In this document: positions 23,199 through 38,030 of the stretch, one piece after another
Layout of the letters: every line of letters starts with the position of its first letter
How positions within the stretch are numbered: position 1 is the first letter of the stretch
Source of the DNA: Takakia lepidozioides
Lineage: Eukaryota > Plantae > Bryophyta
Length of the DNA stretch: 64,000 nucleotides
Assembly: GCA_030704615.1 (NCBI GenBank)
Contig: CM060732.1
Location: 32,860,001 to 32,924,000 of the forward strand
Direction: 5' to 3'
Position numbers and translations under genes: made by a program
The notes under the pieces: generated by a model
Told to the model about the DNA's origin: nothing
The model's input: only the letters and a program-made list of their open reading frames with translations
The model's database searches: none

Positions 23199-26100
23199 CT
23201 ACCTGCTGCTCATTTGAACCATGTCTGCACCATTTTGCTGAACTGATTGCCAAGGAACTTCGGCATCTTCAGTATGACCAAGAAGCAGAAAGTCGCTGCA
23301 ATTTTTGCGGCAACCACGGTCGTAGGGGTTGTGGAATCGTCCATCATCGCCCTTGAGATATCTGTACCGCAGTGAGTTGGCCATCTCATTTGTGGTTATA
23401 TTGCGTGCAATCTGAAAAGGATGTAATTGTTAGAGGCGGCAAGGCTTCCAAACAATTGTAAATGAAAATATGCATCATCGATAACCACACAGCCTGAGCT
23501 CCAGAATGGATACAGCACCATCCCCGCCCTGAACAACCTTTTTCTGCCTCTAAATCTATCTGCATGTGTGTACACATCTGAATCCTGCAAAACGCCTGTA
23601 TGTAAATCAAGGTTGCAACACTCGGGAGTTGCATCCTACTCCAAATGCCCAAGATGGCAAGAACTGGACAGCTGTGAGCACAAATATTTTTGCATCATGA
23701 AGCTTGTTGACTGCTCCCAAAACTACAACAGCGGCACGCAAAATCATAATATACCTGCACAGCTTGCATGCCCATCAATGTAGCTCCACAACACAGGAAG
23801 AACAAATCAGCAGTGAGAAAGGTCAGCGCTCCTGCATGGTTGGTCCCCACATGACGGACGAATGCTCCCGAGGTCGATGGTGCCTGAGGGTCCATCCACA
23901 GCCCTGCAGCAAATAGCCCATGAATTATAGAGACTACTTGTCCCCTTTGGCTCATTATTGATGAATGCAACAATGAGTCTCCACTTATTAAACCATTGTT
24001 GAGACACCATACGGTATGCCTACAAATTTCTTAAGGATTGTTTATCTTACAAGGCCTAGGTCATTTCTTTGCAAAGCTGCCCCCCCCATAAGATAGCCAT
24101 AAAATGGTCATGCGAAGCTACACCCTTACTGTAATGTTGAAAAAAGGCATCTATTTGGAGAGAAATACTTCAATGCAAGTCATTTCTTCGGACCTTGTGG
24201 CTTACCAAAGTGACTTAAAATAGTACCAACAAATCTAGTAGAACGGTGTGCCTCTTTCTCCATGCACATTTTCAAAAAGAGGGGCCAAGGTCTACATACG
24301 CTGAACTGTTACAGCAGCTGCGAGGAAAAGGGCCATGACCTCCATGCAAAGGAGAAAAAAAAAGTCCCACTTATTTTTCTGCAAGCACAGACAGTGAAAA
24401 ATAAATCAACAAGAAGCTGTGCTTGACTGGGTGATAGAATGTAAGTTGCAGGTGAAGTTCTAGGTGACCCGTGCTTAGCCATGTTGTCCAATCACCAGAC
24501 ACAGACTTGGCCGACAGCACACTGATTCTTGCTCAATTGAGGGTTACTTCAAACTGTCCATGTCGACATCTTATAAATCTGTTACAACCTGAAGCCTTTC
24601 AAGAAAGTCATGGAGTGAAATATAGTCAACACTCCATAAAATTTCAATGAAATGGGTGCAACTGATAAAAAAATGCACCTAAAGTTTCCAGAATGTGCAA
24701 TTGCCTCATGGAGTTCTAGTGAGGAACTTGAATAGGATACTTAAGTCCTTACATTGTCCTCACCTTAAACCATATACCCTAAAACCTAAGTTGAATGTTT
24801 GATGCGCATTCTTCCCGGCTCCCAAACAGCCATTAAGTTAAGAAACAGAGATAAGACTGGGGGTGGGTTATACCTTGCCAACACAATTGGAGATCCAAGG
24901 GCAATGATGGTCAAATTGTTCAACACAGCGATTGCACGAAGAGCAATGCTTTGATCGCAATGGCCTCACTATCTGTCATAAACACGAATATCTCAAGCCT
25001 TGCACAAACAACAATTCAACCGCTTTACTCATCTCTGTTGCTGCCACTACCCCTAGTTTAAAATATTGTATGCACCGCAAGTGCCAGCTCTGACTTCCAG
25101 ATCGCACATCAAATTCCAGCAGAGTTGCTAATCATGGCATCTCCATTCACACCATTCCATCAAAAATATTTGCAGATATTGCACTTGGTATATGAGTCTC
25201 CTGCTGCTTCAAAAAGAACAAGAGAAACACCTTGCAAGTGGGGCACAACTGAGCCCAGTAACCAGCCCACAGAGCTGGGCTGCTCAAATCACTCTTTAAG
25301 AGACGCTCCTGCCACATTTACAACATATCCCCATCTGCTGACAGATTGAAAATAAGCCAAACAAACACCCTACTCTTCTTCAGCCGTATCAGAGAGACGT
25401 GCAACAACATTTGATAATGAAATCAACCAGTGGATATTTTGAAGAACTAAGACCTGATAGATTTCAGACATATCCCATGTACAAGAACCATGCTTTACTG
25501 ATTTAAACTTGAGCATGTGGCAAATGGACCTAACCCAGCCCTTGTCCCAGACTGAAGTAGCTTGAAAGTTGACCACTCACATCCACATCGTTTTGACTGG
25601 ATAACTTCTGTGCCTGCATAGAACTGATATATCCTGGATCCTTACTGCCAAACACAATGACCCACCAACAAAGCTTGTTTAGATTGTCATAGTGCCACAC
25701 ATATGCTTCTTATATGAACACTGCTGTCAGTACTCCTGTAGGTCCACCTAAACCAGCTACCTATGTACACAAGAGTGCAACTAACGCTGAGTAATATGTA
25801 CACCAAACATAGAAATCAAAGATGAGAGATTCCTCATCCGTGACTAGACAATACAAGACATCCCAGGGTGCTTTCGACTTCAAGTTCAATGGTGTTATCC
25901 TTTATTCAGCTTGGGATCTTTCATCCTAATCAGTTTGTATCAACAACTGCAAAAAGAAGGAGCTGCAAAGAGTTGCAAAACATTGATTAAAACAATTGCG
26001 TAGAATGAGGAGGAAAACCCCAAACCCAAATGAAGCTGCACCTGCTGGATCGATAGAGAAAGAAGAGGCCACACGTGCCCGAGAACACAACAATACAAGC

Positions 26101-29100
26101 CACAAATCCAGTGCCAGCTGTTATTCTCGACAATGCCTGTGCTGAACACCCAAGTCCCCCATCAAATAAGCCAACTCTCCCAAGTTCAACCAGACCAAAC
26201 CTATACTCCAAAGCCTATTATATGTGCCTGGGAAGAGTTTACACCATCAGTACTTCAGGCTCAGCTTTGCAATGGGCAGGTTTATTACATATCAACAGCT
26301 CACAATGCAAATCAAATCTCAAGAGGCTGAGAACTGCAATTAAACTGCTTCAAGAAGAGAGTACTGTGACAATTTTATCTAGAAAGCAATCATCCTCCCA
26401 ACCCAACATTACTACAGTGAGAACAGCAGAAGACACTAAACTCAAACCTCTAACTTGAGATCCATGTGCAAGCCCAGCCTGAACACAAACTCCAAACAGA
26501 GGTCAATAACTGATGAAGAGCCACCTAACAATGGAGAGAGACCACTACGTTCCAAAGAAAAAGAGGTCTTACAGGTAGTTACAGAGTTAACAAAAGCAAA
26601 GATCATGCTGATGATAACAGCCCAAAGTACAGGGGCCAGGCCCAACTTTCGCAGTTTGCCTATCCATCCCTTGCTATACCATCGGTTGTGGAAGATCCTG
26701 CGTGCATTTGACTGTAACCAAATGCCCCAAATCAGATCCCCAAACGACTTAGCTCACAAACTCACTCCTTCCTACCAGTGGATCAATATGTCGGACATTC
26801 GTACAACATCCGTATATGATAGGATAGGTGGAAAATTGATCATGATTATGTTGCGACTGTGATTAGGTATGAGGCCACAAATCACCTAAACAAACTCCTC
26901 ATTAGACATTTTAAAAAGCAGGCTATCTCAGCACTTATCTCCCGTAATGTCAATGAGGTCTATCTATGACCAGTTTAACATAACTCATTCGGCAGTGCCT
27001 TGCGGTCCTGCGGGATGAGGGTGTATTGGAAGGTTCTACAAAGATTGCAGACACCTTCCCTTGGGCTAAAACCGGCTAGTCCCAACCCCTTGCCACACTC
27101 TGCTTCACAATCATGTATATCACTCCGTCAGTGACCCGGCTCAAACACTTGGTACTCTACTCACAGATGGTCAAGATCAGCCCGCTCTCTACCACATGGC
27201 AATGTACTCTAAAGTGAGACCAGATGTAAGCCTGACAACTCTGTAAACTTTTAGTTCAATAGAGTGAGAAAGAACATGCATGAAAGTGCTTTTAAAGCCT
27301 GATTGACCTCCAGCAGAAGCAACAGCCCCACAATCTGGACATCAGGAAACAATTTAGTAGGAAACCAACTGGATAGTTGGAAAAGTCTTCATTTGGCCTT
27401 TCTAGACAACAGAGGATGTGCTGCAATGACAGACAGAGCTGTGTGCTTAAAGAGGCATGAAGGGCTATTTCATTGTCCTTGCTTGTGATAGTCCCCCAGT
27501 CAACCACCCTGGTAGCCGTCTAAAACACTGGCAAACACACAGAGGCCTCCAGGCAAGGTTCAAAACTCACAAGGAAAAGAGCCACATGACGGTGGCCTTT
27601 GTCAGAGGCCAACTGAGCTGGGGTACAACCAGAACCTTCAGTAGCCATGAGGTCATCCAGGGTACCTGCTTGTACCAGCACTGTGCATGCTTCCAGGTTG
27701 CCACGAATCGCTGCCCAGTGCATTGGTGTACAACCTTTTCCAGATGCCACCATCACCCCACTCACTCCTTTCAAAAAGATGCATCTCCAAAGTGTCCCTC
27801 TACCTAGTACAATGCTTCCTTCACAAACCATACCCACCAACTTGGGTCATGCGATATACACCATCCAACTCTATAAACCCAAAAGGGCAACTTTGACAGT
27901 CACGTCAGATAGAGTAAGCCCTTTCACCAATGCACCACACAGCCCTGTGCTCCTGTGCAGCCTACTGACCTTCCTTATCTGCTCGACCAAGGTCGGCATC
28001 CATGAAAAGAAGCAGACGTGTGCAATCTGCAAACCCCTTGTATGCAGACCTGTCATCCAGTCCCACAAACAAGATGACAACCACATGCAGCAAAGCTCCT
28101 GCAACAACTTTTGCAAGGAGGGACAACACAGAAAATAGAAATACTTCTTAAAGAGCTTGGCTGAGAACCACCATCACTAATCTCATGCAGGAGTGATTTG
28201 ATGAAATGCAGGTCACTATAGGGTTGAAGTTGAGGGTGAGGACTCAAAATCGAAAACCTACCACTAAAAAACATGTAACAAAGAAGCATTAGTACTTCCA
28301 AAAGGATTAGACTATTGCAATCATAGGTGTTAGCAGTGCCTGGAATCTTCAGTGTAGGACCCACCTACCAATGCAAGGGACTCCGACCATCATTGTCAGG
28401 GGCATCCACGTCTGCACTCCATTTGCTAACAATATGGTAAAGCAGCGCCGTCTGCCCATACTGTGCTGCAACATGGCTTGTCTGCAGGAGCAACCAATCC
28501 ACCAAAACCAAGAACATCCTTACAACAATCCAGCAGCCTAATAGCTTTGGGCTTCATTACCCCTAGTGTCCACCTAGCTCTTTTGTGAGATTGAAATTAT
28601 CCACCACTCTTCTGCTAACAAAATACTCACAACGATTTGCAGTACAATTCTGAAGGAGGTTATCTTTCAATCAAACAAACTTCAGCGATGTAGGCACGCC
28701 TTTGTTAGTCCTGCCTGAGGTGGCAAAAAACCAAAGCTCTTTCATTGAGTTGATGTGGTCAGGATCCACTCCTAAACAGATGTCCAATGTCAAAGAGGTG
28801 TCAGAATCAACAGCCAGGAAGCCTGTACATGATTTGGTTAAAACAGACCAAATTACCACACAAGGAATCCTTCCCCCCACATCACAATTAGAATGTCTCG
28901 TGCATATATTGAAGTCACAATATTGCATACCCGATAACCATGTGAGTCGCCACATTCAAGGTGCGCTCCATTCTGGAGCAGCAGTTCTGCTACCTGGATA
29001 GACCCCTGCACAGCTGTCCAATGGAGCGCAGTTTGTCCTGTAAAATCAGTGGCATTTACATCTGCTCCATGCTGCAATCAATGGCCCCGACACAACAAGA

Positions 29101-32100
29101 GGATACCATTCATCAATTTTGCAGCTGGAATTGCCATGCCAGTTTACAAACAGCTTCTGTGAGAATTAGATGCATGCTTGTTTACATTCACTTCACAACA
29201 TACACAACATTGTAACCACATGTGGCTTTGCTAAGAATTCAATCATCATGCAAACGAATAGTATACTGCAAGTATCACAAGCATCCAATGGCCCAGTGGT
29301 TAGGACACAAGGCTGCCTTTCACGTGGTCGTCGATTCAAAGCCACATAGGTGTATGTTGGATGTCACCAATTATAGCCAACCGAGCTATGAAAGGTCGCT
29401 CAGTCATTCGTCCACCTGGTGTGGGTACCTTGGGCCTTTCTAGTCCTTGGGGAGGTTTGGGCAACCACATTGCCCCAGTTATGGCCGTCAGAAGGTGTCC
29501 ACCTTCAAAAGTAGAGATTGACAGCCATGGCCTCTAAACCACACTCGAGTAGAGGGTATGAGCTAACAGGTTTTCATTACTTCTTTGATATATGTGCTAG
29601 AACTTAGCAAGGCTGATATGTTTGATTGTCACTTAGAAGTTGCTCCATTTTCTACATGGATAACAGCTAGGCAAGGCCGACAAAGAATGCTCTTCCTCAC
29701 TAACCACCAAGTATGTTTGTGGCTCTAGATGGGATGGGAGCAGATGAGGATTCACTTTTCCCTTGACTGCTGGGAGTGGCGACTGTCTAATGACTTTCTT
29801 CTCCCAGTGAGCTTTGGTTGCTTAGAATAGAGTTTCGAAACCGCATGAAGCATATTCTTTCAATATACTGGCTCATTCTTCCAAGCTATGGTGTTAATAT
29901 TCTGAGATACTTTGTTTTCAGCAGCTTATGATGAAACCACTCATCTGTTGGGAATGTTTTGCCTAGAACAGAACGGGTAAATGGGTGGTAGTTCTTGTGA
30001 TAGCAGCTTGTGATAGTTCTTGGTAACACCACTCAAGAATTGCCTAATCCCACTACTCTGTTGGGAATTATTTTCCTAGAACAGAACGGGGAAACGGGTT
30101 AGGTTTCCCTAGTTCCTAACCTAAAGCAGCCACCCTATATGGCCATACGAGAGGCTGCCCTATGTGGTTAGAAGCCCTGGCTCTACTCTTCTCCTTTGGC
30201 GAGGACGCAAGAGCTGAAGGAGCAGTTACCTTACTGCTGAACTAAGGCTGCAAGCAAGGTACTCACCCAGGCTATATGTGCCTTTGTTTGAGTACTCGGC
30301 TCCGGTAACACCTCCCTTTTGGGAATGGGTGCTTACTGGTGCTATCTTTATGATAACTACCACCCTCCCACCCACTAGTCTGCTGTCTTTTCCTTATGTT
30401 TTGGAATCCATAAATGTCTCCTAGCTAAAGTGGACATGGATACCAATTGTCAAGCTGTTTAAGCCTGGAATTATATGCAAATCACTAATCGATTGGTTGG
30501 CGAGGGTAGAATGGTGTTGAGAGTAAACAGTTGTTTGTGGTATTCTCAATTTTTTGATTGACTGTTGGAAGATGTTAGGATCTGATCACCAGAGGCAGCC
30601 TTGTTGATCCCATTCAGAAGAATACACCTACTGTAACTCTTCATGCCTACCTTGAAATAGGTAGATGGCTAAATGGATTCACTTTGGCACTATGACCTCC
30701 TAGGGCTCAAGTACGCCCACATGGAGTTCAAAGAACCAATCCCCTAACTGCTGAGCTATGGCTTTTCTCATAGCTGCAGTTTTGACTACATAGATTCTAC
30801 TAGAAGTATTATAGTTTTAATCTATCCAGGTTTCTACTCTACTTATGGTCAAAGACTTGCTTGCATATGTGGCACCTTAAGTAACAATTGCAAGAGTTGT
30901 AAGCATACATGTTCACAAATCTGAGTTTTGCAGGACTTGTGAGGTTAATATGTAAGCTGGGCACGGGGTCTATCGTGACAAGGCTGTGACAAACAAGTCC
31001 TTTGAGAACATTCTCTCTCTTACGCGCACACACAGAGCACAAGCACCAGGGCAATTTCGGGCTTTCATGGGAAGTGTCCGCGGCGAGTGGTCGATGCGCA
31101 CGAGCTTAGGAAAGGCAACAACATGTCTGATCTATGGCAATGATGGTGTGGATAGCATATGTTCTCTGCTGCATTGTACAGGATATCCTCTGAAGAAGAC
31201 TTCCTCTTTGAAGCCAAACATATTGTCACTGCACCTTCCTTTAGTTTGACAGAAGATCCACAGCACTAAAATCCGTAGCCATCGTTGGATGCAAATTCTG
31301 GAGTGACTACAGCTGCTGCTATGGTAAAGAGATTTATTGAGAGAATATGGAAGGCTACAGTCACATTCATTTTCCAAGGCAGGTCACACCATAGGAAAGA
31401 ACATTCAACAATGGTGCTCGCCTCTATCTCTTTTCTCAGTCCCTGTATGGCCTCCCATCTCCTCCTCTCTGTCCCAGTTTCCTCTCGAGTGTTCTGCACT
31501 CATATCGTAATTATAGTCATCCTGCGGAGAAAGTAAGATTTCAAGGTAGGCGTTACGATGCCTAGTCATCTACCACATCAACATCTCACTATCAGGTCTG
31601 CCCAGGGAAACTCATCGCCATGGAAAGGCCCTAAGTCGAGGAGGGGGCTCAGCAGGCCAACTTTTTCGAGGATCTACTACTACAGGATAGATTCTTAAAC
31701 GTCCCAGACAGGAAGAAAAAGGATTTTCTCCCTCTTGGTTCATCTTCCAGAGTCTGAAATTAGGCTGGGGTCAGGCAGCACAATCAGAATTTGTTCAGAA
31801 GGATTCTTGCTTGGGACATTTGTCGTAGTTGCCATACCTCGTGAATGTACTGATTCCCCTTTCCTTGTTCTAGCCGTTAGCCTTGCGGCCATCGGCTGGG
31901 CGAGGCCACTGACTACCTGGTAGGCAGGAGAGAGAGAGAGAGAGAGAGGGTGAATCCAGAGAGCAACGGGGAAATGGCGAGGGTGGGAAGACCTCAAGAA
32001 GATACTGAACAGCCGCAGTGCGATTATTGAGGGCACACCATTGAAGCGCGAGGTACCCGCCGGCGTCTGGAGCTGACACGGAGCACCCTCCTTGCTCGAC

Positions 32101-32244
32101 GATCCGCTGCAAATTGTCAACATCGCCATATGCAGCTGCCGTATACACATCATCTGGATCATGTTGAACTTTCACACCCCCTTCCAGCCTCATCCCATTC
32201 TCCCGGGGTAATCCACCCGATACTACCTCGATTTCGGAAGCCAT
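23199..32244 (-). CDS. TIP1: Ankyrin-repeat DHHC protein S-acyltransferase (TIP1/PAT24-like), 13 coding exons
   Basis: GT-AG exons: 32244-31993, 29071-28931, 28481-28369, 28049-27970, 27734-27571, 26711-26573, 26141-26042, 25644-25581, 25308-25231, 24972-24874, 24378-24300, 23903-23755, 23411-23199. They give MASEIEV..., ankyrin repeats (GQTALHW, GRSPLHW, GCTPMHW), [58 protein letters not shown] further 3' exon via a donor near 23201 is possible. Confidence 0.95.
29281..29520 (+). mobile_element. tRNA(Glu)-like SINE in intron 1 of the S-acyltransferase
   Basis: A box TGGCCCAGTGG followed by TTAGGACAC...CTTTCAC and B-box-like GATTCAAAGC; no intact cloverleaf. Confidence 0.45.
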
Positions 32245-32878
32245 CGATTGACAAGCCAAACTCTTCCCAGATTAACAGGCACCAGTCCCAAATTTTCCCC
32301 AGGAGTTATCGAAGACTTGTAAGAAATTAGGGTTTTGATGTCTCTCCCGGCCAACCTCTGAAATCTAAAGGCATCAGACAACTCATTCCCAACTAATGAA
32401 GCTTGCTGTAAAAATGATAGTGTAATCCAGGAATCACTATCCAGTGTGCAATTCAACACCACTCGTTAAGCTGGTAAGGTCGCCTCCTGAAGTGAGTTGC
32501 TAGCCCGCACCCTTTGCAACACTCAAAAAGACACGCCATTGCTGTGTGAAACATAAACAGTCGCCCCTTCATAAAATGTGGACAGGGGCATGGTAGAGGA
32601 CTAGGCTTGCTGCCACGATGAATCCTGCCTGACTTGCACTCATGAACTTCCAAGGATATCTCACTACTACAAGAGAGAGGTGAGCACACATAATGGTAAT
32701 AAGGCTGTTATGAAGCATGTAGGAATGCTAAGCCCTTGTTGCTTTATTACCAAGCTGACATCTCCTCTCCTTTGCAAACTACTTCCTGATTTGCCTTCTC
32801 CAGGTAACATTATTGAACAGTTTACAGCAAATAAACTATGAGAAAGTAGATTTCACTCTCCACAAAGAGGAACCATAC

Positions 32879-34317
32879 AAGTGTTGGTCTGGTATATATA
32901 GGTGAAGTACTGGTATATGCACTGATGTCAGATACCAGACCAGTCTGGTATCATACTTGGTCATATACCAGACCAGGCTGGTATCAGTTTTTTCATACCA
33001 GCCACAATACCAGTACTCCACCGCCGTCTTCCTCATTTACTCTGGTATGTATACTATACTAATTTATGTGTATATATGCCTACATACTTATATTTATGTG
33101 TAGGGTAAGGACCCAGGCAGGGCTGTCACACGTTTGCGCCACTGGGAACGTACTATGGAATGGGCCGCCACATGACATTGCGGTGGGTCAGGTGGTGGCT
33201 AGCCGGGAGGCGAGCTGCTGCTGAAACCGCCATATCCGGTACGTATAGGATTGAGTCTGCCGCCCTATCATTGGCCTGCCAGTCCTAATCAAACACATTA
33301 TGTTTCATAATGTGCTAGTGCAACTGGCATAATGTGCTAGTGGCATGAGGCATAGATTTCTGCTTTTTAAACCTCCTGGAAATACGCCATATTAGGCACG
33401 CAAAATCCTTTAGGAAGGCGGAGGGCCCGTGCGTGGGGCCCTTACCCCGTGTAAACGTTCCATGAATAAAATCCCACCAGGTGTCCCTTCTTTTAGGCGC
33501 CTTTTAGCCTTCTTCCCCTACTGCTGCATCTTCTTTGCTCCCCACTTCCTTTGGTTCGTCTGATCTCGGAAAGATGCTGGAAAGTCGCGGAAATGGGGAA
33601 TGGTGGCAGGAGTTGCCTTACATGATGGAACGCCGCTCCGTAAATTCCGGTTGTGTTCCATCGCGTAATTCAACAGCTCCTGGGGGGTTAGGGTTCACAA
33701 GTATTAGCCAACCGAAAATACAAGGATTTAATTCAAGCAACGTTTACGTATATTTATTTCTTTATTTGTATTGTCTTTGTTTTCACTTGATACTTAGTAT
33801 GTGATAAACTTGTAATTCAAGATGGCTGGGGCCCCTCGATTCGGGGCTTCTGCTCATGGATGGTCTTGTTTCTCGCCAATATGGCTCCCTCCCTCTATAG
33901 GGCAATGGTCTCTATCCAAGTCTTGGATAGGCTCTCTTCTCTTTGGGCTCTTAGCAAGAGTCGGACTATGGTTCATTGGTATCTCCAACACGTTCCTCGT
34001 GTGCTAGGCCTCATGGCAGCCTTCGGGCATGTAAGGGTTTTAAATTTTTTCCCTTCAAAAATTATCAATAAAACTAACAAGGGCCTCCATCCCTTTCACC
34101 ACCAAAAAAAAGAAAAAAAAACGATGGCTTTGGAATGATACGAGAATTGATATCTCGTACCAGCTGGTATTGTGGTCATGATACTCATACTCATACCAGT
34201 ATTTAGAAAAATATACATCCCGCATTCTATAGACCAGACTGATATAAAAAAATTTGTGATACGTTGGGTACCAGGACCAGTCTAGTATGTCCTGAACCTG
34301 ATACCAGAACAACACTG
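32879..34317. mobile_element. Non-autonomous hAT-like element ~630 bp upstream of the S-acyltransferase start codon
   Basis: Ends AAGTGTTGGTCTGGTAT...ATACCAGAACAACACTG; near-perfect 8-bp TSD AACCATAC/AACCATAT; many subterminal TGGTAT/ATACCAG motifs. Confidence 0.7.
33103..33448. mobile_element. Small MITE-like insertion nested in the hAT-like element
   Basis: Imperfect inverted ends GGGTAAGGACCCAGGCAGGGC and GCCCGTGCGTGGGGCCCTTACCC; GTGTA on both flanks. Confidence 0.45.
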
Positions 34318-34929
34318 AACCATATAACCATACGTGACTAGCCGCTTGTTTTTAATGTCTTGGAGTTATACTGAGGGTATGTTGAATTATCACCGAATAG
34401 AGACCTATGGCTGTAGAGTAGGCTCGTACGCCATATCGTCCTATTGTGACGGATGCATCTTTGCCACATTGTGTTGAACGGTTATAGGTCTCTTCCATCT
34501 CCACTCAAATCTCAGTCTGTAGTGTGTACCAGTGTTTGGGGGATCCTACTGTTGTGCTTGTGCGGGTACATAGATTTTTGCTTACCCTCTGGATAAGGGT
34601 AAATAACAATCATATGATTATTTATCCTCGGGATAAGGGTAGATTATCTATATGTCCATTTATTTATCCTACGGGTAAAGATTAAAGGCCAATATTTTTG
34701 ACTGGATAAGGATAAATGATTTTCCCTTTCTGGTAAATAAATGATATTTATTTATTTATTTATTTAATGTACAGAGGATTGTAGCCTTGGAAAATTTATT
34801 TGATAATTATTCGGGGGAAAAATTAAACCCCCCTTTTACACCATAAGGCACACACTGTAATCAGTGATTGTAAGAAGTTTTTTTATTTGTGATGCTCAAC
34901 TCAAAAATATAACTAATTGATTAATGTTC

Positions 34930-35470
34930 TGTCCCAGTGGCATACATGGGAATAATCTGGGACAGATCCTTGGACTATTTTGCTTCTGCCTTGTTACTCA
35001 ATATCAAGGAGAATTCAGTTTGCCCGGTGTGGATTGCCCTTAGGGGCTTGACTCTGTGGCACATCCGGAAGATGGGATGCTCTACTCTTTTTCAAAATAC
35101 TATGCCTAGTTTGCAAAAGGCTTTGCTTAGCTCACTCAGACTTATTGTCTGAAGCTCGTAAAGCATTGGTTGTTCTTGTGACAATTATTTCCAGGTGCAG
35201 TGACAACAGAAAATAACAGGTTCTTGCAGAATTCGACAAACACCTGCGGGAAACATGGAACCTTTTGTCGGAGAATTTCAAACTCGCGAATTGAATGGAC
35301 TGACTCTATCCCTACCTACTGGAGCTCCGTTAGTGCTAGGATCTCCCCCTTGGATGCAGATGAAGAAGAGGTGAATTGGCGGCACAAACGCAGCCTTCGG
35401 AATGGGAAATCCAAAGCTCACTTGTCATTTAAAGCACCTAAAAAGAAAAGAGGTTGCTAGTATTTGGAGA
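34930..35470 (+). pseudogene. Possible decayed L1-type LINE C-terminal remnant
   Basis: Trp-rich fragments (VWIALRGLTLWHIR, RIEW) resembling the end of plant L1 ORF2; heavily degenerate. Confidence 0.3.
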
Positions 35471-37740
35471 AGTTTTTGCACGCGCTTTGTCTGTTGCTGT
35501 TCTGGGGTACCTTCCTTGGCGCTCAGTTTGCAGGTTCTGGTGCAAGTCCTGTGCTGCCCTTTTCTTTGGCCTTTTCATGCTCGTCTTCTTAGATCTATGG
35601 TACTTTGTTTCTTGGACTGGTGCAGTTTGTTCTGCTGCTTTTCTGGTTCTTAGTTGGGATTCTTGTTGCTTGTGAGGTGTTTATCCCCTCTGTTGGGCAG
35701 CTTCTCAGCACAGCTCCTTGGCTATAGTTCCTTTGGACTCCTTCTTAGCTGCTGGCTTTATTGCCTTGCACCTGCTGGTGCTTGTCCTTTTGCTCTTCAG
35801 GCTGTTGTATCGTGGCTTTAGTTGGTTGCTATGTTTCCAGCCTTAGGATTCTTGGCAGCCAATTAAAATCGGAATAGAACAATCTCTAGGGTAGTCTCAT
35901 CTTCATAACAATGCAATCTCAACCAAGTTGAAGCTCAAATTATACATAAAAATCATGTTTTGAACATTATGTTTGTCAACTCATTGCACATTTGATGTTC
36001 ATACATCCAATTCCTTCAAAGATTTTGATGGACGGATGAATTTGATAAAATACTACTCAATATTGTGAAAACAAGCCTAATAGTACTGCACTTTTTATAG
36101 TTCAAATATTATAAATATGAATCTACTTTTGATCTTAATTCTTATGCAAGTATATCGACACCTATGTATTCAGAATCTACAAAAGAAGCAGACGAAAATT
36201 TATGCAAATGATTTGAAAACACCAAAATTTGATTTTTAAGGCTCGGAGTGGTACCTCGGTTCTCTGCCTTCAAGTGGCTTTTGTAAGGTTATTTTTTCCT
36301 TACCTTAATAAAATTTCCAGGGCTACAATCCCCATGTTTTTTTTTTTTCTATAATCAATTTTTTTGGTTTATTTTTATTTTTATTTTAGGATGAGGCTTC
36401 TAGGCATCCATATGGCAAGTTTGGGGAAGACTCGGACAGTTCCTCAAAAAAGCAGAACCCAAATCCTACTTTGAAATCATGCGCCAACACCTCTAACCCT
36501 TCATCAACAAAGCCAAGCAAAGCCTTGGTCAGCATGGGACAAACTCGGTGTTAGCCAAATGCTTAATTTATGGCACAACAACAAGCTAAAAGGGATGGAG
36601 TCCATTTCTACAATCGTTGCCAAGGCAAGAGCTACACATGGTTATCAAGACTTGGTTCAGTCTATGACCCTCAATGGATTCCCACTTTGTAGGCACGCCC
36701 TGTAATGCCCTCGTTCAATTTTCGGGCCCTCACAATCCTTACTGACTTACTTCTTACTTATGAAACAACCACCAAGCACAGATCTCTCAACTGTCCGGTC
36801 TTCGAAACCCTCAGGGGCTGAACTCTCTGGCACCTCTGGAAAGCCTGTTGTGCAAGAACTATCTTAGGAAATACTTCTACCGTCTCCTCTATTCTATCCA
36901 GTATCTTTCAGGATCTTGTAAGAACCGAGTCAAGGCCGAAAGCATGGGACAAATTTTGTGCAGATATCAAGCGGAACCCACGAAACGCGTCTACCCTCCA
37001 TGTTGTTTTTTTCAAAGTTCTTGGGGAAAACAATGCCTCATCTGCTACAGTGACTACATGACCGCTGTGATTGGGCCGACCTTCCCCTTGTCAACCGAAG
37101 AGACCTCCGCGCCACCCTCTAGCCTGCTCAGCCCCCCCGAGTTCGAACGTGATATCAACTCGAAACACCTCAAAACCTCATACAAAGGCTTCGAGGCTCC
37201 ATTCCCGATGACTTAGCAGCTCATTGGTTACTAATTTCCTCAAATAAGAAGCCTTCAAAGTTTATTAATTCATAGTGATGTCAATGGTAATTCTGACAAT
37301 TATCGGGCTCTGAGCCTAGTCTCGTTCTCATTCCTCGAAAGATGGACTTGGTTCTTTCCTCACTGACTACGGTGTGTGTGCCTCATGGTGTACCAGGGGG
37401 TTTACTTTTTTTCCCCAAATAATCCCAAATAAAGTTATTCCAGGCCCTTGGTCCCCGTTCATTAAAAAAAAGAATGAGGCTGATTGTATCATATGTTGTG
37501 AATAATATGAGGGATCATAAGCGCATTTCTTCAATCCAAAGATAACGATCAAATGAAACCAAATAAGGCCATGTACGAGTGCCTCGTCCACGAAACTAGT
37601 GCCTTAGAGATCCAAGTTGAGTTGAATATAGCATTGGAAACTGCCCGCCCGTGTACTCTAAGAAAATGACTCATCATACAAACCTAAAGCTTTTCACAGA
37701 GCTGAGGCCCTTATATGGTATGCAAGACAATGGTACGCTC

Positions 37741-38030
37741 CAGTGTTGTGTGGATCCAGGTTTTGACCCCGGGTAACCCGCGGGTTAGGAGCCGGGTTAC
37801 TTGGACCCAGACCCACCTAATCTAGAAAAACCTAGATCCTGACCCGGGTTCATTTTGGACCCAGACCCGGACCCACCTGCTAGTCCAGAACCCGCAAAAC
37901 CCGCTACCCGCGGGGCCAATATAGCGGGTTGGGTCCGGGTTTTAGTTCTAACAAATATATGTATCCATATGTATATATATTTATATTTAAAAATTATTAA
38001 AAAAAATGTGAACCTTACCCCGGGAGACCT
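37741..38030 (+). mobile_element. hAT-like terminal fragment
   Basis: Starts CAGTGTTG, followed by dense ACCCG/CGGGT subterminal motifs; no partner end seen. Confidence 0.5.

Noticed and set aside
25140-25200. Extra exon of the S-acyltransferase after a CAG acceptor
   Set aside because: It reaches a stop codon and would split the conserved CPTCK-IVRP junction of the DHHC domain.
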